This document shows, piece by piece, positions 38,501-52,200 of a stretch of DNA of 64,000 nucleotides. The notes under the pieces are model-generated. The model was not told the DNA's origin. It made no database searches and worked only from the letters and a program-made list of their open reading frames with translations. Where the stretch lies: contig OZ281499.1 of assembly GCA_965637545.1 (NCBI GenBank), positions 3,100,001 through 3,164,000 on the forward strand, given 5' to 3'. Position 1 is the first letter of the stretch; every line of letters begins with the position of its first letter. The DNA is from Phallusia mammillata. Taxonomy: Eukaryota. The position numbers were made by a program, and so were the translations under genes.

Positions 38501-41174
38501 TTCAGGTTAGTTTTGGCGGTGTTGTTTTAATAAAAACGTAGCATTGTGTTATACGAAAACTTATGTTTAGCACGAATAAATACAGACAAATCTGCTAATA
38601 ATATATTTTATTGAGGCTTTCAAACTTACAATGTTCCTTTAACAAATGTCATTTAAAGCTTCTTCGGAAAACAAATTAAAATGTTTTGAAACCTTTCATG
38701 ACACTGCGTGTATTACTATTTGTGGATATGGAGGCGTTCCAATTTTATAGTTGACTTGGTGGGTCGAAAACAAAAGCTTTAGTAAGCATTGCCCTAAGCC
38801 CAAAATCTTCACATGACTTACATTTGATGGTGTCAAATGTAGATCCGGCTACTCCAGACAGAGCTGCGCCCTCGGATTGAGTAGATTTAACTTGGTCCTG
38901 TTGATATATTCTCGTCAGTTGAAGGCTGTTGGCACCTTTGACGTAACGTGGAAATCCCCAGCCGCTGTCACCGTCCGTTGGTTTTGGCATCCACTTGAAC
39001 TTGTCAACATTTTCGCGTATCTCATCGATGCGAAGTTTCCTTACATTCGGGTTGGTGATGTTTTGAGGGAGTTGAGCTGAAAAATGTGAACTGTATAGTT
39101 TCGTTGTCACTGCAAATTTGGTTAACAAACAATTTTGTTGGTTGTTGACCTGAAGGAAACAGTTCGTTTATTTCGATTGTTGATGAAATTATACTGAACT
39201 CTAATCTTTGTCCCGGGAGACTTTGTTTGTGTTTTATTGTGTTTTATTTACAGTATTTTTCTTTTATGTGTGTTTTATCCTTGGTTTATTGGAACTGAAC
39301 ATGCCATGTATGCCGGTCAAATGACCAGAGTTTGATACTGTTCAGTTCAGTATAATCACTCTTGGGACCGTGGTCCCAAAAGAAAATTGCTTTATTCTCT
39401 TGAAAAGTGTTGAAAAGATTTGTAACAAGGCAATTCGAGCTTGACTTGAATGTACCACATGACAAATATGAGTAGTGCCCATAGAATAGTACATAAAGCC
39501 AACAGGTGTTATTGCACTACGGCCCATGATTGAAAGCCGTAGAGACGGCCTATGATTGAAAGCCGTAGTGGTCAATAAAGCGAGTTGGAGGAGTTGCGGA
39601 AACGCTCTATTAATGCATAACACATAGAAATAAGTTATCGGGCTTTGTACGCATTGCCCAATTTTCAAAACGCAATTATAAATGTTCATATAAGTGACTA
39701 TTGATTGATATGGGAACGTTAAGAACAAATCAAGCGAAAAGACCGTATCATAACACGCCTTATAAATGTCTTTCGTGAAGAAAAAATGACCTTATGGTAG
39801 AATGACACTGACATATCAAATAGAGTGGTTGGAATCAAAATAGTGGCGCAGTTACGGAAATTGGTCTGCAATACTGCTTCAGAATGTCTTTCAGCGCCAA
39901 GTTTTTGTTGTTTTTGAGGGGAGTAATGGGCCATTGTACCTTGTCCACGCCTTCGTTGGAATTTCCTTAATTAAGAAAACCAATTTATCAGAACGGTTTC
40001 TTGCAATTTCGTCTAAGCCAACATTTACAGCAAAGGAAATGAAATCAAAACATATCAAGTATCTGTCACTTTTTTTATTTAAGTGTCATTTTGAATGAGA
40101 TAGCTGAATAAAAACTTTAGTGAATTCCATGCAAGAATTCTATGTACAGCAATCATTAAGTTTTTCTCGAGGCAGTGTAAAACTGTACGACTTTGTATGG
40201 GCTACCATAATCTACAAATAGACAGAAAGTAACTTGGCTTTACTTAAGTTACAGTGGGTTTAGGAAACAAATTAAACAAATACTTCACTGAACCTTCTCC
40301 TCTGGTCACATCTATTGTAGATGTTATCCAATCATAGATCGGGAACTCAGCAGTTTCCTTATCGTATTCCACTTGAACCATGTTGCACATCCATTCATCC
40401 TCACCACTCCACATTGACAAATCTGATCGTTGTTAAAAATAGAAAAGACGAATGAATATTACAATGATTCTTTTTAGGCATGTTAAAAACCACAAACCGT
40501 TCTTTCGACCCACTGGTAATTCAAAAACTCTTTGTTTAGCAATAAATATTGCTTAACGAATATTTAATTTTTTGAAAGAAAAGTCTAAAACTAATTAAGC
40601 AACAGAAATGGATCCTTCTCATACCTAAGTTTTTTTACTCATAAATTGTTAAAACATGTTTTGTTAACAGTTGAAACCAAGTTTAAAATAGTTTATTAAA
40701 GCACATATTTCTTGCCACATTAAAGTTTATGCATAACTCACTGAATCGAATGATGATTGGTAGACCGACGTCTTCGCAAGTTAAATCGAAGACATCAGTT
40801 TGTCCTAGCTGAAATTCTTCAAAGAACATTTTATCTAGTGTTAGCCATTCGGTGGTGGCGCCGTTCTCACCGACCATCTGAAGGTATACGGTGGCGTCGG
40901 TACCAGCCTCTTTGGACGCTTCAGAGGTCTGTTGAAATGAACATCTTTTATCAAAACGTTTTAATCGCTAATTAGGAACCGGGAACGCCAAACACCTTTG
41001 CTAAAACAAATGGTTCTGTAAATATGTTAACGCAGTTTTACAATGGCATTTTTTTACATAATGCAAGACTATACATCAACATGAGAAGCTTTTTTAAATG
41101 CGCTTATGTTTGTCGTTATTCTTGGTAACCTACTTTATTTAACTTACCGTCACTGAAATTTTATATTGATTCAT
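35534..41174 (-). CDS. LOX4: ALOX5-like lipoxygenase, 14 exons, 670 aa, iron-ligand His->Asn variant with a 6-aa in-frame deletion in exon 7
   Basis: Exons: 41174-41148, 40928-40742, 40422-40294, 39076-38822, 38406-38316, 38238-38082, 37983-37744 (240 nt vs 258 in paralogs), 37399-37207, 37148-37068, 37008-36890, 36723-36604, 36352-36218, 35996-35898, 35713-35534. Exon lengths keep the frame. Motifs [25 protein letters not shown]. The exon 11 acceptor is an uncommon GAG. Confidence 0.85.
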
Positions 41175-42948
41175 CTTCTTTGTTGTGCAATCAATCACTG
41201 GTAATAGCTAAATGTTTAAATAAGCTAAACATGCATGTCATGAGCACACGAAATATATAAAAATCTTTTTTTAGTAAGTTATAAAAATGTGTAAAACTGG
41301 AATCAAAATCTTTTTGTCGGTTTATTTGTTTTTATTTTATTATTAGTTCTTTTGTGCTTGCTGTCTGTATCGTATCTTCTCACTAGCAACAAAACAAAGT
41401 TAGTCGCTCTTTCACCACTAATCGTGTTAAGACTTCGTCGAAATCCGCCCACAAACAAAGTTATATCATCATGTTACAAAAGACGTGTGCTCCCAGGTAT
41501 ACTTGTATCAAACTGATCGACCAAACTCATACCAATCCATGGCCAACCGAATCCAGCACTCGCGCAAGACAGGCAAAAAACTCATATGATACGATTGAAT
41601 AACATTTGAGAATGCAATTTAGCGAAATGATCGAGCGAGGAGCGAAACACGACAAAAAACACAAAATTGCTGCTGACTTGGGTAACCATTGACCGGCACT
41701 GAAACGTGAAGACTTTAGTATCGTAAATCGGGTCCGGTGGTAACTGCACTAAGTGCAACATATCAAACTGTTTTTGCATTTGAACAATGTAAAAGTGTTA
41801 AAAACGTGTAATGTTGTGTATGCTTTGATCCGCCAAACACGTAATAGTTTGTCAAAAACATTAGATCGATGTAAATCGAGTTATGTTATTAGGGTAATTT
41901 GTTACTTGCCAGGCACAATTTATGCCTTCTGCACTTACCACCTTTAGTGCATTCGTGACTTTGCGCAACTTAACAGTAGGATTACCGCTTCAGCAAGAGA
42001 TTTAGTTCTAGAAACCGCCAATTTTGGAAAAAGTGCTTTGCCGCATAACGCGTCGTTTTGAACGTCATTAGGGATTTCCCCCCGAAAAAATTGTTGGACC
42101 CCCCCCCCTTTAAAAATTTCTGGATACGCCCCTGGGTTGATATCATTATCAGAAAGACAAAATTGCCCTCCGGTTTAGGGAAGGTTGATCATTTTAGGTT
42201 TGGCCCTACAATTACAACACAAGGTGCGGAAATTTAATGCAGACGTCGGTCACCAAAGTTTGATCAACCTTTGATTAAAATGTTATGACTAAAAATCTCT
42301 TTTTTATTACGACACGTCTTCACTTTTATGCTACGCGGACTCCAGCAAAACGATTCATGATTCATCCTTTTATAATGGTATTTTCTTAATTCACCACTCT
42401 AACCCAGCCTGTTGTTGTTCTTACACGTGCAACGATTCAAATATAGCCTATAAACATACATAAAAAATGATCGTACATGTGTTAGTTGTTTACTGGTTAA
42501 TGTCACACACTCAAAAAAGTTCAATGAACACATAAAAATAGCTACAGTATATATTTGTATATATAGGCATATTCCCTTTACACCAAGAGCCAATTTTATA
42601 CATAACTGGTTATTTTTGTTTGCATAATCTAGTCTCGGTTTTCTATGACAAGGTTATCTCTAAGCAGATTTCATCTTTCGAAACATTTACTTTACGTCAC
42701 TTTACGTTCGGTTTTTGCCGATTTACTTTGATTTCATGTGTCAAAGTCTGTTTAACGATGTAATTTTCACTTGCAGTCAATGTCTAAATAAAACCACGTA
42801 ACAACACATAGCAAATTGAAACTTTACTATAATGCAATAGCGTAAGCGGACAAAAAAGCACGATGATATTTATATAGCTGCCAGATCTAAACCATCATAT
42901 GTTAATATATAATGATGCAAATGTATGTCTTCAATTTGTGCCTATTTG

Positions 42949-45900
42949 TCAAATAGCAACGCTGTTTGGAACCCTGGATGGCAACAGGAAGGTGTAAGGG
43001 TGCTCCAACTTCTCGTTGCGAGCTTTTATCTTAGCTTCGAGTGCTTGCAGATCTTTCATGTAATTCTGTTGGATGTCGAGAATGATCTTTTCTGTGAATC
43101 GACGCTCCGGAAAATGTCCCAAGTATACCTGAACAACAATTTTGTTATCGAAGTTTTGTTACCGATCATACAAATCCACGTTGCGCAGCGTTATTCTCAC
43201 AACAAGTTCATTGTCCAACTGCCTGCGTCATTGCAACGCACTAGCGGCGTTTATTATGTTCGTTTTGCTCTAAAAGAATGTTCTGTGAATTACCCAATTA
43301 GGTCAATATTCCGTTTTAGTGTTGTTTCGAATAACGTCAATTATTCCATTAGGTGAATCACCGTTTAACCGGTGATACGCGTACCACCGTTTGGCAACCA
43401 CTGGTTAACGCCTTTTCTGCCAATCGACTTTTGGTCAAACAACTTTCGCTTGTTAACAGTACCCACATAATCAAAGAAAATGGTGACAGACTTTAAGAAA
43501 TATTATTGATGACTTTTACCAAGCAATGATTACCTCGTTGGGTGAATACTCAGAAAGTGCAAACACCAATGATATAACAGACCCAGCCATCAATGAATCT
43601 GGGAGGCTATCCAAAATCCTTTGTTTGTTTGCCTAAAAGTTAAAGCTCTTATAAAAACATGGAAATGTGAGGTTTTGTTACCTTCTCTGCAAACCGTTAT
43701 TTTCTTAAAAACCTGTTTTTGAAATGTATGTATTTCGGTGAGCTTTTTGGGCCTATTTACTTGAAGTTTATGTTCTTTTATGATAACTGACATAACTTCA
43801 GTGTTTTATCACCTAGTAAAATCATAAAAATTTTTACTCACCTCTCCCTTTTTGTGTGGAGGAAGACGCATAGCAAGCGGTGCATTTGGGACGAACTTGT
43901 AAGTCTCGAACTGACCGAAATTGACAGCAGCGTGTTGCACCGAACTTGTGAATATCAGTATGACACAAATTTCAATCTATAAAACACAAAATTACAGTTT
44001 TGTTGAGTTTGTACTTAGAAAATATGGGGAAAGATTTTTGTCGGCAGAAATAATTTATCTTGTTGTCATTTCTTCAATCACTTGTAGTTTCTTTTCACAA
44101 TCACCCATCAAAGAGGGAAAAACGATGCGCAAACATGCAGATTTTAGTTGTTAGCCTTTGAAAACAAACAAGATTTAAAAAAAATCCCATTTAGATAACA
44201 CTTTTGGTGAAGTTTAGAAATGTTTCTCACCAGTTGATCGACTGAAGTCAGGTTTTCTGACATTCCCTTTGTGTCGTGGTCTTGCCAACCGAGACCCTCT
44301 TTGGCGACATCTTTTGCCCAAAGTTTCAGCTCGTAGTCGTTGACAACGTCCTCAAAGATAAAAATTTATTTTATTTACGGCACTTAAGCAGCACATCTTT
44401 AATCAATAATGTTTCCACTTCCTTAAAAGCACCATTAAATGTGCCAAACTTTACAGTGAGTGTGAATGAATATGTCACTATTCCCAATTTCAAACGGTTC
44501 CATACCTCATCACACTTGTAGTAATGACGGATACAAGCACTCGCATATTTCTCCATGATCTCCCAGTGGTCAAGTGCATCGTCTCGGTAATAGTGGTTAG
44601 GCAGAAGAGTTGCATCGTTCGTTCCTGCAAAAATGTTTTGTTGTTCTGTTATTGTCCCCAACATAGACCGTTAGAAAACCTACCAAAATGTTTAAACATC
44701 TTTGGAATGTTAAGGCTTTCGATACTGAACGTTTTGTAGTGTTTCCTTGTCAAGGAAAGCGCCTCTGCAAAGATAAATATGTAAATGCATCATACATTGA
44801 CGTAAATTCTTATGGCGTTTACTTGTGGGAATCCCCTTTCCAGGAAGAGCCTCCGAGGGCAAGAGCGCAAGTCTTGCGTCCTTGTTGATGCACGAAACTG
44901 TACGAAGGTGGGGACGTAGCAGTTTGTAAATCGGATGAGCACGAGGTAAACATCGGAATAGCGCCACAGCAAAAGGTTCCATGAAAACGTGCGTTTCCAA
45001 ATAGTTGTAGATCCACTGAAAGTGTGAACGGTAAAACAGGGTTGATATTTTTTTCACACCTCAGGGTTATAAAAATTCTGCTTTTATCCATATATCCCAC
45101 TGCAGGCTATATATTTCTAGCCGACGCCTTGACATACGGTAAATAATACTTGGTGACCGACTGATTTGAATCAACGCCTTTAATAACCCTGGCGTACTAT
45201 AACTGTTATATGAGTGTGCCGTGATCGCTGGTCTGCATCGACGTTTCGTGCCTGATCTCAGCTATTCATCTATGTCTTAAATAAAGTCAAGGTTTAGACA
45301 CGTTTTACAAACCTTTTTGATAAATCAGTTTTGTCATGTTAGTGGTATGTGAATTCACCTGATGCATGTTGCTCTGTGAACACCGCAGATACATCTTGGC
45401 AAGAAGTCAAGATACATCTTGGCAAATTCATAATTTTTGTTTTTCAGGTTAGTTTTGGCGGTGTTGTTTTAAAAAAACGTAGCATTGTGTTATACGAAAA
45501 CTTATGTTTAGCACGAATAAATACAGACAAATCTGCTAATAATACAAATTAAAATGTTTTGAAACCTTTCATGACACTGCGTGTATTACTATTTGTGGAT
45601 ATGGAGGCGTTCCAATTTTATAGTTGACTTGGTGGGTCGAAAACAAAAGCTTTAGTAAGCATTGCCCTAAGCCCAAAATCTTCACATGACTTACATTTGA
45701 TGGTGTCAAATGTAGATCCGGCTACTCCAGACAGAACTGCGCCCTCGGATTGAGTAGATTTAACTTGGTCCTGTTGAAATATTCTCGTCAGTTGAAGGCT
45801 GTTGGCACCTTTGACGTAACGTGGAAATCCCCAGCCGCTGTCACCTTCCGTTGGTTTTGGCACCCACTTAAACTTTTCAACATTTTCGCGTATCTCATCG

Positions 45901-48177
45901 ATGCGAAGTTTCATTACATTCGGGTTGGTGATGTTTTGAGGGAGTTGAGCTGAAAAATGTGAACTGTATAGTTTGTACACTGCAAATTTGGTTAACAAAC
46001 AATTTTGTTGGTTGTTGACCTGAAGGAAACAGTTCGTTTATTTCGATTGTTGATGAAATTATACTGAAACTATAATCTTTGTCCCGGGAGACTTTGTTTG
46101 TGTTTTATTGTGTTTTATTTGCAGTATTTTTCTTTTATGTGTGTTTTATCCTTGGTTTATTGGAACTGAACATGCCATGTATGCCGGTCAAATGACCAGA
46201 GTTTGATACTGTTCAGTTCAGTATAATCACTCTTGGGACCGTGGTCCCAAAAGATAATTGCTTTATTCTCATGAAAAGTGTTAAAAAGATTTGTAACAAG
46301 GCAATTCGAGCTTGACTTGAATGTACCACATGACGAATATGAATAGTGCCCACAGAATAGTACATAAAGCCATCAGGTGTTATTGCACTACGGCCTATGA
46401 TTGAAAGCCGTAGTGGTCATTAAAGCGAGTTGGAGCAGTTGCGGAAACGCTTTATTAATGTATAACACATAGAAATAAGTTATCGGGCTTCGTACGCATT
46501 GCCCAGTTTTCAAAACGCAATTATATTTTTTTCCCGTCACGTTCTGCGATAAATCTCGTTGATATGAGTGACTATTGACTGATGGAAATGTTAAGAACAA
46601 ATCAAGCGAAAAGACCGTATCATAACACGCCTTATAAATGTCTTTCGTGAAGAAAAAATGACCTTATGGTAGAATGACACTGACATATCAAATAGAGTGG
46701 TTGGAATCAAAATAGTGGTGCAGTTACGGAAATTGGTTTGCAATACCGCTCCAGAATGTCTTTCAGCGCCAAGTTTTTGTTGTTTTTGAGGGGAGTTATG
46801 GGCCATTGTACCTTTGCCACGCCTTTGTTGGAATTTCCTTAATTAAGAAAACCAATTTATCAGAACGGTTTCTTGCAATTTCCTCTAAGCCAGGGGTGCA
46901 CAACCTTTTCGTTAAGACGGCCGCATGGTAGATCCTTATTTCACCAACGGCCGCCAATTAGGCCGTACGGCCGCAGGTTGTGCACCCCTGCTCTAAGCCA
47001 ACATTTACAGCAAAGGAAATGAAATCAAAACATATCAAGTATCTGTCACTTTTTCGTTATTTAAGTGTCATTTTGAATGAGATAGCTGAATAAAAACTGG
47101 ACTGAATTCCATGTAAGAATTCTATGTACAGCAATCATTAAGGTTTTCTCGAAAAATTTTTTTACAGTAACGTTTTGAGGCAGTGTAAAACTGTACGACT
47201 TTGCATGGGCTACAATAATCTACAAATAGACAGAAAGTAATTTGGTTTTACTTAAGTTACAGTGGGTTTAGGAAACAAATTAAACAAATACTTCACCGAA
47301 CCTTCTCCTCTGGTCACATCTATTGTAGATGTAATCCAATCATAGATCGGGAACTCAGCTGTTTCCTTATCGTATTCCACTTGAACCATGTTGCACATCC
47401 ATTCATCTTCACCACTCCACATTGACAAGTCTGATCGTTGTTAAAAAAAGGCGAATGAATATTACAATGATTCTTTTTAGGCATGTTAAAAACCACAAAC
47501 CGTTCTTTCGACCCACTGGTAATTCAAAAACTCTTTGTTTAGCAATAAATATTGCTCAACAAATATTTAATTTTTTGAAAGAAAAGTCTAAAACTAATGA
47601 AGCAACAGAAATTGATTCTTCTCATACCTAAGTTTTTTTACTCATAAATTGTTAAAACATGTTTTGTTAACAGTTGAAACCAAGTTTAAAATAGTTTATT
47701 AAAGCACATATTTTTTGCCACATCAAAGTTTATGCATAACTCACTGAATCGAATGATGATTGGTAGACCGACGTCTTCGCAAGTAAAATCGAAGACATCA
47801 GTTTGTCCTAGCTGAAATTCTTCAAAGAACATTTTATCTAGTGTTAGCCATTCGGTGGTGGCGCCGTTCTCACCGACCATCTGAAGGTATACGGCGGCGT
47901 CGGTACCAGCCTCTTTGGACGCATCAGAGGTCTGTTGAAATGAACATCTTTTATCAAATAGTTTTAACTGCTAATCAGGAACCGAGAACGCCAAACACCT
48001 TTGCTAAAACAAATGGTTCTGTAAATATGTTAACGCAGTTTTACAATGGCATTTTTTTACATAATGCAAGACTATACATCAACGTGAGAAGCTTTTTTAA
48101 ATGCGCTTATGTTTGTCGTTATTCTTGGTCACCTACTTAATTTAACTTACCGTCACTGAAATTTTATATTGATTCAT
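42949..48177 (-). pseudogene. LOX5: duplicate of LOX4 with an internal deletion of exons 5, 6 and most of exon 7; probable pseudogene
   Basis: Present: exons 1-4 (48177-48151, 47931-47745, 47430-47302, 45949-45695), only the 3' ~50 nt of exon 7 (~45410-45359), and exons 8-14 (45015-44823, 44764-44684, 44624-44506, 44350-44231, 43976-43842, 43632-43534, 43128-42949). About 690 bp matching LOX4 ~37795-38483 is missing. Splicing exon 4 (ends phase 1) to exon 8 (starts phase 0) shifts the frame. Confidence 0.85.
46891..46990. mobile_element. Young 100-bp hAT MITE inserted in LOX5 intron 3 after the LOX4/LOX5 duplication
   Basis: Perfect TIR CAGGGGTGCACAACC and perfect TSD CTCTAAGC (46883-46890, 46991-46998). 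The empty site gtctaagc is in LOX4 at 40011-40018. Confidence 0.92.
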
Positions 48178-49294
48178 CTTCTTTGTTGTGCAATCAATCA
48201 CTGGCAATAGCTAAATGTTTAAATAAGCTAAACATGCATGTCATGAGCACACGAAATATATAAAAATCTTTTTTTAGTAAGTTATAAAAATGTTTAAAAC
48301 TGGAATCAAAATCTTTTTGTCGGTTTATTTGTTTTTATTTTATTATTAGTTCTTTTGTGCTTGCTGTCTGTATCGTATCTTCTCACTAGCAACAAAACAA
48401 AGTTAGTCGCTCTTTCACCACTAATCGTGTTAAGACTTCGTCGAAATCCGCCCACAAACAAAGTTATATCATCATGTTACAAAAGACGTGTGCTCCCAGG
48501 TATACTTGTATCAAACTGATCGACCAAACTCATACCAATCCATGGCCAACCGAATCCAGCACTCGCGCAAGACAGGCAAAAAACTCATATGATACGATTG
48601 AATAACATTTGAGAATGCAATTTAGCGAAATGATCGAGCGAGGAGCGAAACACGACAAAAAACACAAAATTGCTGCTGACTTGGGTAACCATTGACCGGC
48701 ACTGAAACGTGAAGACTTTAGTATCGTAAATCGGGTGTACCAATATCGAGTTCATATCATGAGAAAGTACAAACTGCTCTTTGTAAAAAAGGTGCGAAAA
48801 TTTAATGTAGACACCGTTTACCTTTTTCCAGTTTGTCAAACCTTTCATTAATAATTTTAATCTACCAAGAAATTTATTTTTTTATTTTTTAAAGCACGCA
48901 ATATAGTCAACTACACCATATTATTTTGCCATATCATGCAGTTGTTAAAAGTAAACTTTGATGACGATTCAAATATCTAAATTTAAATATGTATGTATTT
49001 ACGAGTTAACTACACACTCTTGTGGCATTTTTTCCAGGGCATTGGTTTGACATTTTGATTTAGCGCCTGACCTGAGCTATTTATGGTTAAATTAGTACTA
49101 TTTGCTCGATATAACTTACTCAGCCATACATAACGTGCTCTGGTATACAATTTCAGTTCTAGTGTACCAATGAGGCAAACTATAAGTCGTACAAACGGTC
49201 AAAAAGCGCAGGCTTTATTAATTAGCTTCCGGATATATTACAATTATATGTCGATATACAATGCTGCCAATATATGTTATTAATTAAAACCATT

Positions 49295-52200
49295 TTAAAT
49301 AGCAATGCTGTTCGGAACCCTGGATGGCAGTAGAAAGGTGTAAGGGTGATCTAACTTGCTATTGCGGGCTTTTATCTTAGCTTCGAGCGCTTGTAGATCG
49401 CTCATGTAATTATGTTGGATGTCGAGAATGATCTTTTCTGTGAAGAGACGCTCCGGAAATTGTCCCAAGTAAATCTGAAACAAACAGTTTGTTATTGACT
49501 ATTTTTGCTTACGTGAACTTTCCGATTAAATGAATTTTTCAAATAAGTGTATTACTAGGTAAATAAGCCTAATAAGTGAATTATCCGTTCATCGCCTATT
49601 CTGCTAACGAACTTTAGCCAAACAACTTTTTGATTGCTTGTTAACAGTACTTAAGAACAGTAAGAAATGTTTTCTTTTACCAAGCATTGATTACCTCGTT
49701 GGGTGAGAATTCGGAAAGTGCAAACACCACTGAAATAATAGCCCCTGCCATCACTGTGTCGGGAAGGCTATCCAAAATCCTTTCTTTGTTTGCCTAAAAA
49801 AATGTGGATGGGGTTTCTATATATTTGCAGTTAACATTTAGGTCTCGCATTTTAACATAACTTTTTTATGGTTTCCTGCATGCATATACTTGATTTTTAA
49901 ATTTACTATTTTTGGTGAGGTTTTTGAGGCTATTTATTTAAAGCAATGGTAAGTTACATGTTCTTTTGTGATAACTGATATAACTTCAGTGTTTTTTCCA
50001 CCTAGTGAAAGCATTACACTATGACATACCTCTCCCTTTTTGTGTGGAGGCAGGCGCATAGCAAGCGGTGAATTAGGGACAAACTTGTAAGTCTCGAACT
50101 GACCAAAATTGACAGCAGCGTGTTGCACAGAACTAGTGAACATTAGAATGACACAGATTTCAATCTGTAGAACATGAAATTGCACCAATATTTAGTTTAT
50201 ACTGTTATAATAGCTGAGGTTCTTTCAAAACGATAACAAAATTGTTTCTCTGTATTCATTTTCTAATTTACTGTATTTTTTTTCTCAATCACCAACAACG
50301 GTGACAAATCCCAATTTAAATAACACAGAGCAAAGTTGGTGCAGTAATGTTTAGAAATGTTTCGTACCAGTTGATCGACTGAAGTCAGGTTTTCTGGCAT
50401 TCCCTTTGTGTCGTTGTCTTGCCAACCTAGACCTTCGTGGGCGACTTCTTTTGCCCAAAGCTGCAGCTCAGAATCTTGCACAACGTCCTGAAAGTTGAAT
50501 GCGAATATGTGGAAATCATAAAGTCTTACTATGAGTAGCACAATATGCTTGTTCCCGGTTTACGTAATACTCAGCAAACAGAATTTGCTCTTATTATGCT
50601 TTAAATTCTTTATTGCCGCTTTTAAATTATATTACTTAGCTTATGGACTCAAAGTTTACAAACATTTACTCTGCTTTAAGAAATGCTTTATTACATTTAC
50701 TGCCAAACCGTTACAAACGGAACATTTAAAACCCTGGACAATTATGTAACTGTGCCTTGATTAGTTCCATACCTCGTCACACGTGTAGTAGTGACGGATG
50801 CACGCACTCGCGTATTTTTCCATGATGTTCCACTGGTCAAGTGCATCGTCTCGGTAATAGTAGTTAGGCAGAAGAGTTGCATCGTCTGTCCCTACAAATC
50901 GAGTTTGCTTGTATTAATAATCTTTAAAGTTCATACTGTTTTGTGCCCACTTATGAAAAGCAAAAAGCACAAGAATACTTACCGAATTTTTTGAGCATAT
51001 TTGGAATGTGAAGGTTTTGTATGTTGAACGATTTGTAGACTTTCTTTGTCAAAGCAAGCGCCTCTACAAATGTAAATGTATGTTTACATCCTACATTATC
51101 TTCAATGCATAGTTAAACTTTAGATAACATTAAACAGCGTTCACTTGACACTCACTTGTGGAAATCCCTTTTCCCGGAATGGCGTAGGAAGGCAAGAGGG
51201 TAATTCTTGCGTCATTGTTGATGCACGAAACTGTGCGAAGGTGGGGACGCAGCAGTTTGTAAATCGGATGAGCACGAGGCAAACATCGGAATAGAGCCAC
51301 ACCGAAAGGTTCCATTGAACCGTGGGTTTCCAAATAGTGATAGATCCACTGAAAGTACCAACAACTTTAAAGGCGGATATTATCCTGCTTGCACATCAAA
51401 TTTTAATTCCAATTTGATAGTGCGTTTTGCCAAATTACATTTATCGTTTTGGTAAATCGTTTTTTCTATATCGCTACTGAACATACGTTCTCACATTAGC
51501 TATGTGGCCATACCTCATGCATGTTGCTTTGTGAACACCGCAGGTACATCTTGGCAAGCAGCCAATCTTCTTTACTGTCGTTGGGCGTAAAAATGTGATC
51601 CCGATTACCAGGAACCAGTTGAATTGCCAAGGGCAGAAATTCACCTTTGTCGTTGACGAAAAAGAGACCAATGCTCTCGGCACAATAAAGTTGCCCTTTT
51701 TTTAAGTAATGCTCCATTCTCTTGACACCGTTGAAAGCCTCTGAGAAGTCACCAATGTAGATTTTACCGGCCTGCAAAGAACATGTGAAGTTTTGAGATG
51801 CATGACTGATTTAATCCAAATATTAACTTGCAAACGATTTGAAGAATGAGTTGCTATTTGTGGCTTTCTTTTGACAACGAAATATGTCCTTAGATCACAA
51901 CCTTTTAAGATAGTAGGTAATCATTAATGGTAACCACTATCTGTTTAGTGCCTAATGTCGTTATTCTATTTTGTGTTGTGCCTTTGCCTTCTTGACATTT
52001 TAAAAAAGGTATTAAAATCCGGTTGCATACTTGGTCTAAACCTCCTAATTTGTACCTTCATTTCACCCTCCAACGTTTTGCCTGCTCCAAGAACCGTATC
52101 TACGTCACTGTTGGTGATGTCACAGTTTGTTGGCAGTGACGTGCAACGTTTAAAGGAGAGGGGAACGATTCCGTTTAAAGTTTGTCTACCAGTGCTTTGA

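Larger units (their letters stand above)
33261..48735. repeat. Recent tandem segmental duplication: unit A ~33261-41733 (LOX4), unit B ~42139-48735 (LOX5)
   Basis: Introns, 5' flank (e.g. 41180-41733 vs 48183-48735) and 3' flank (33261-33790 vs 42139-42690) are nearly identical between the units; most introns of the other paralogs do not align by eye. Confidence 0.88.
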
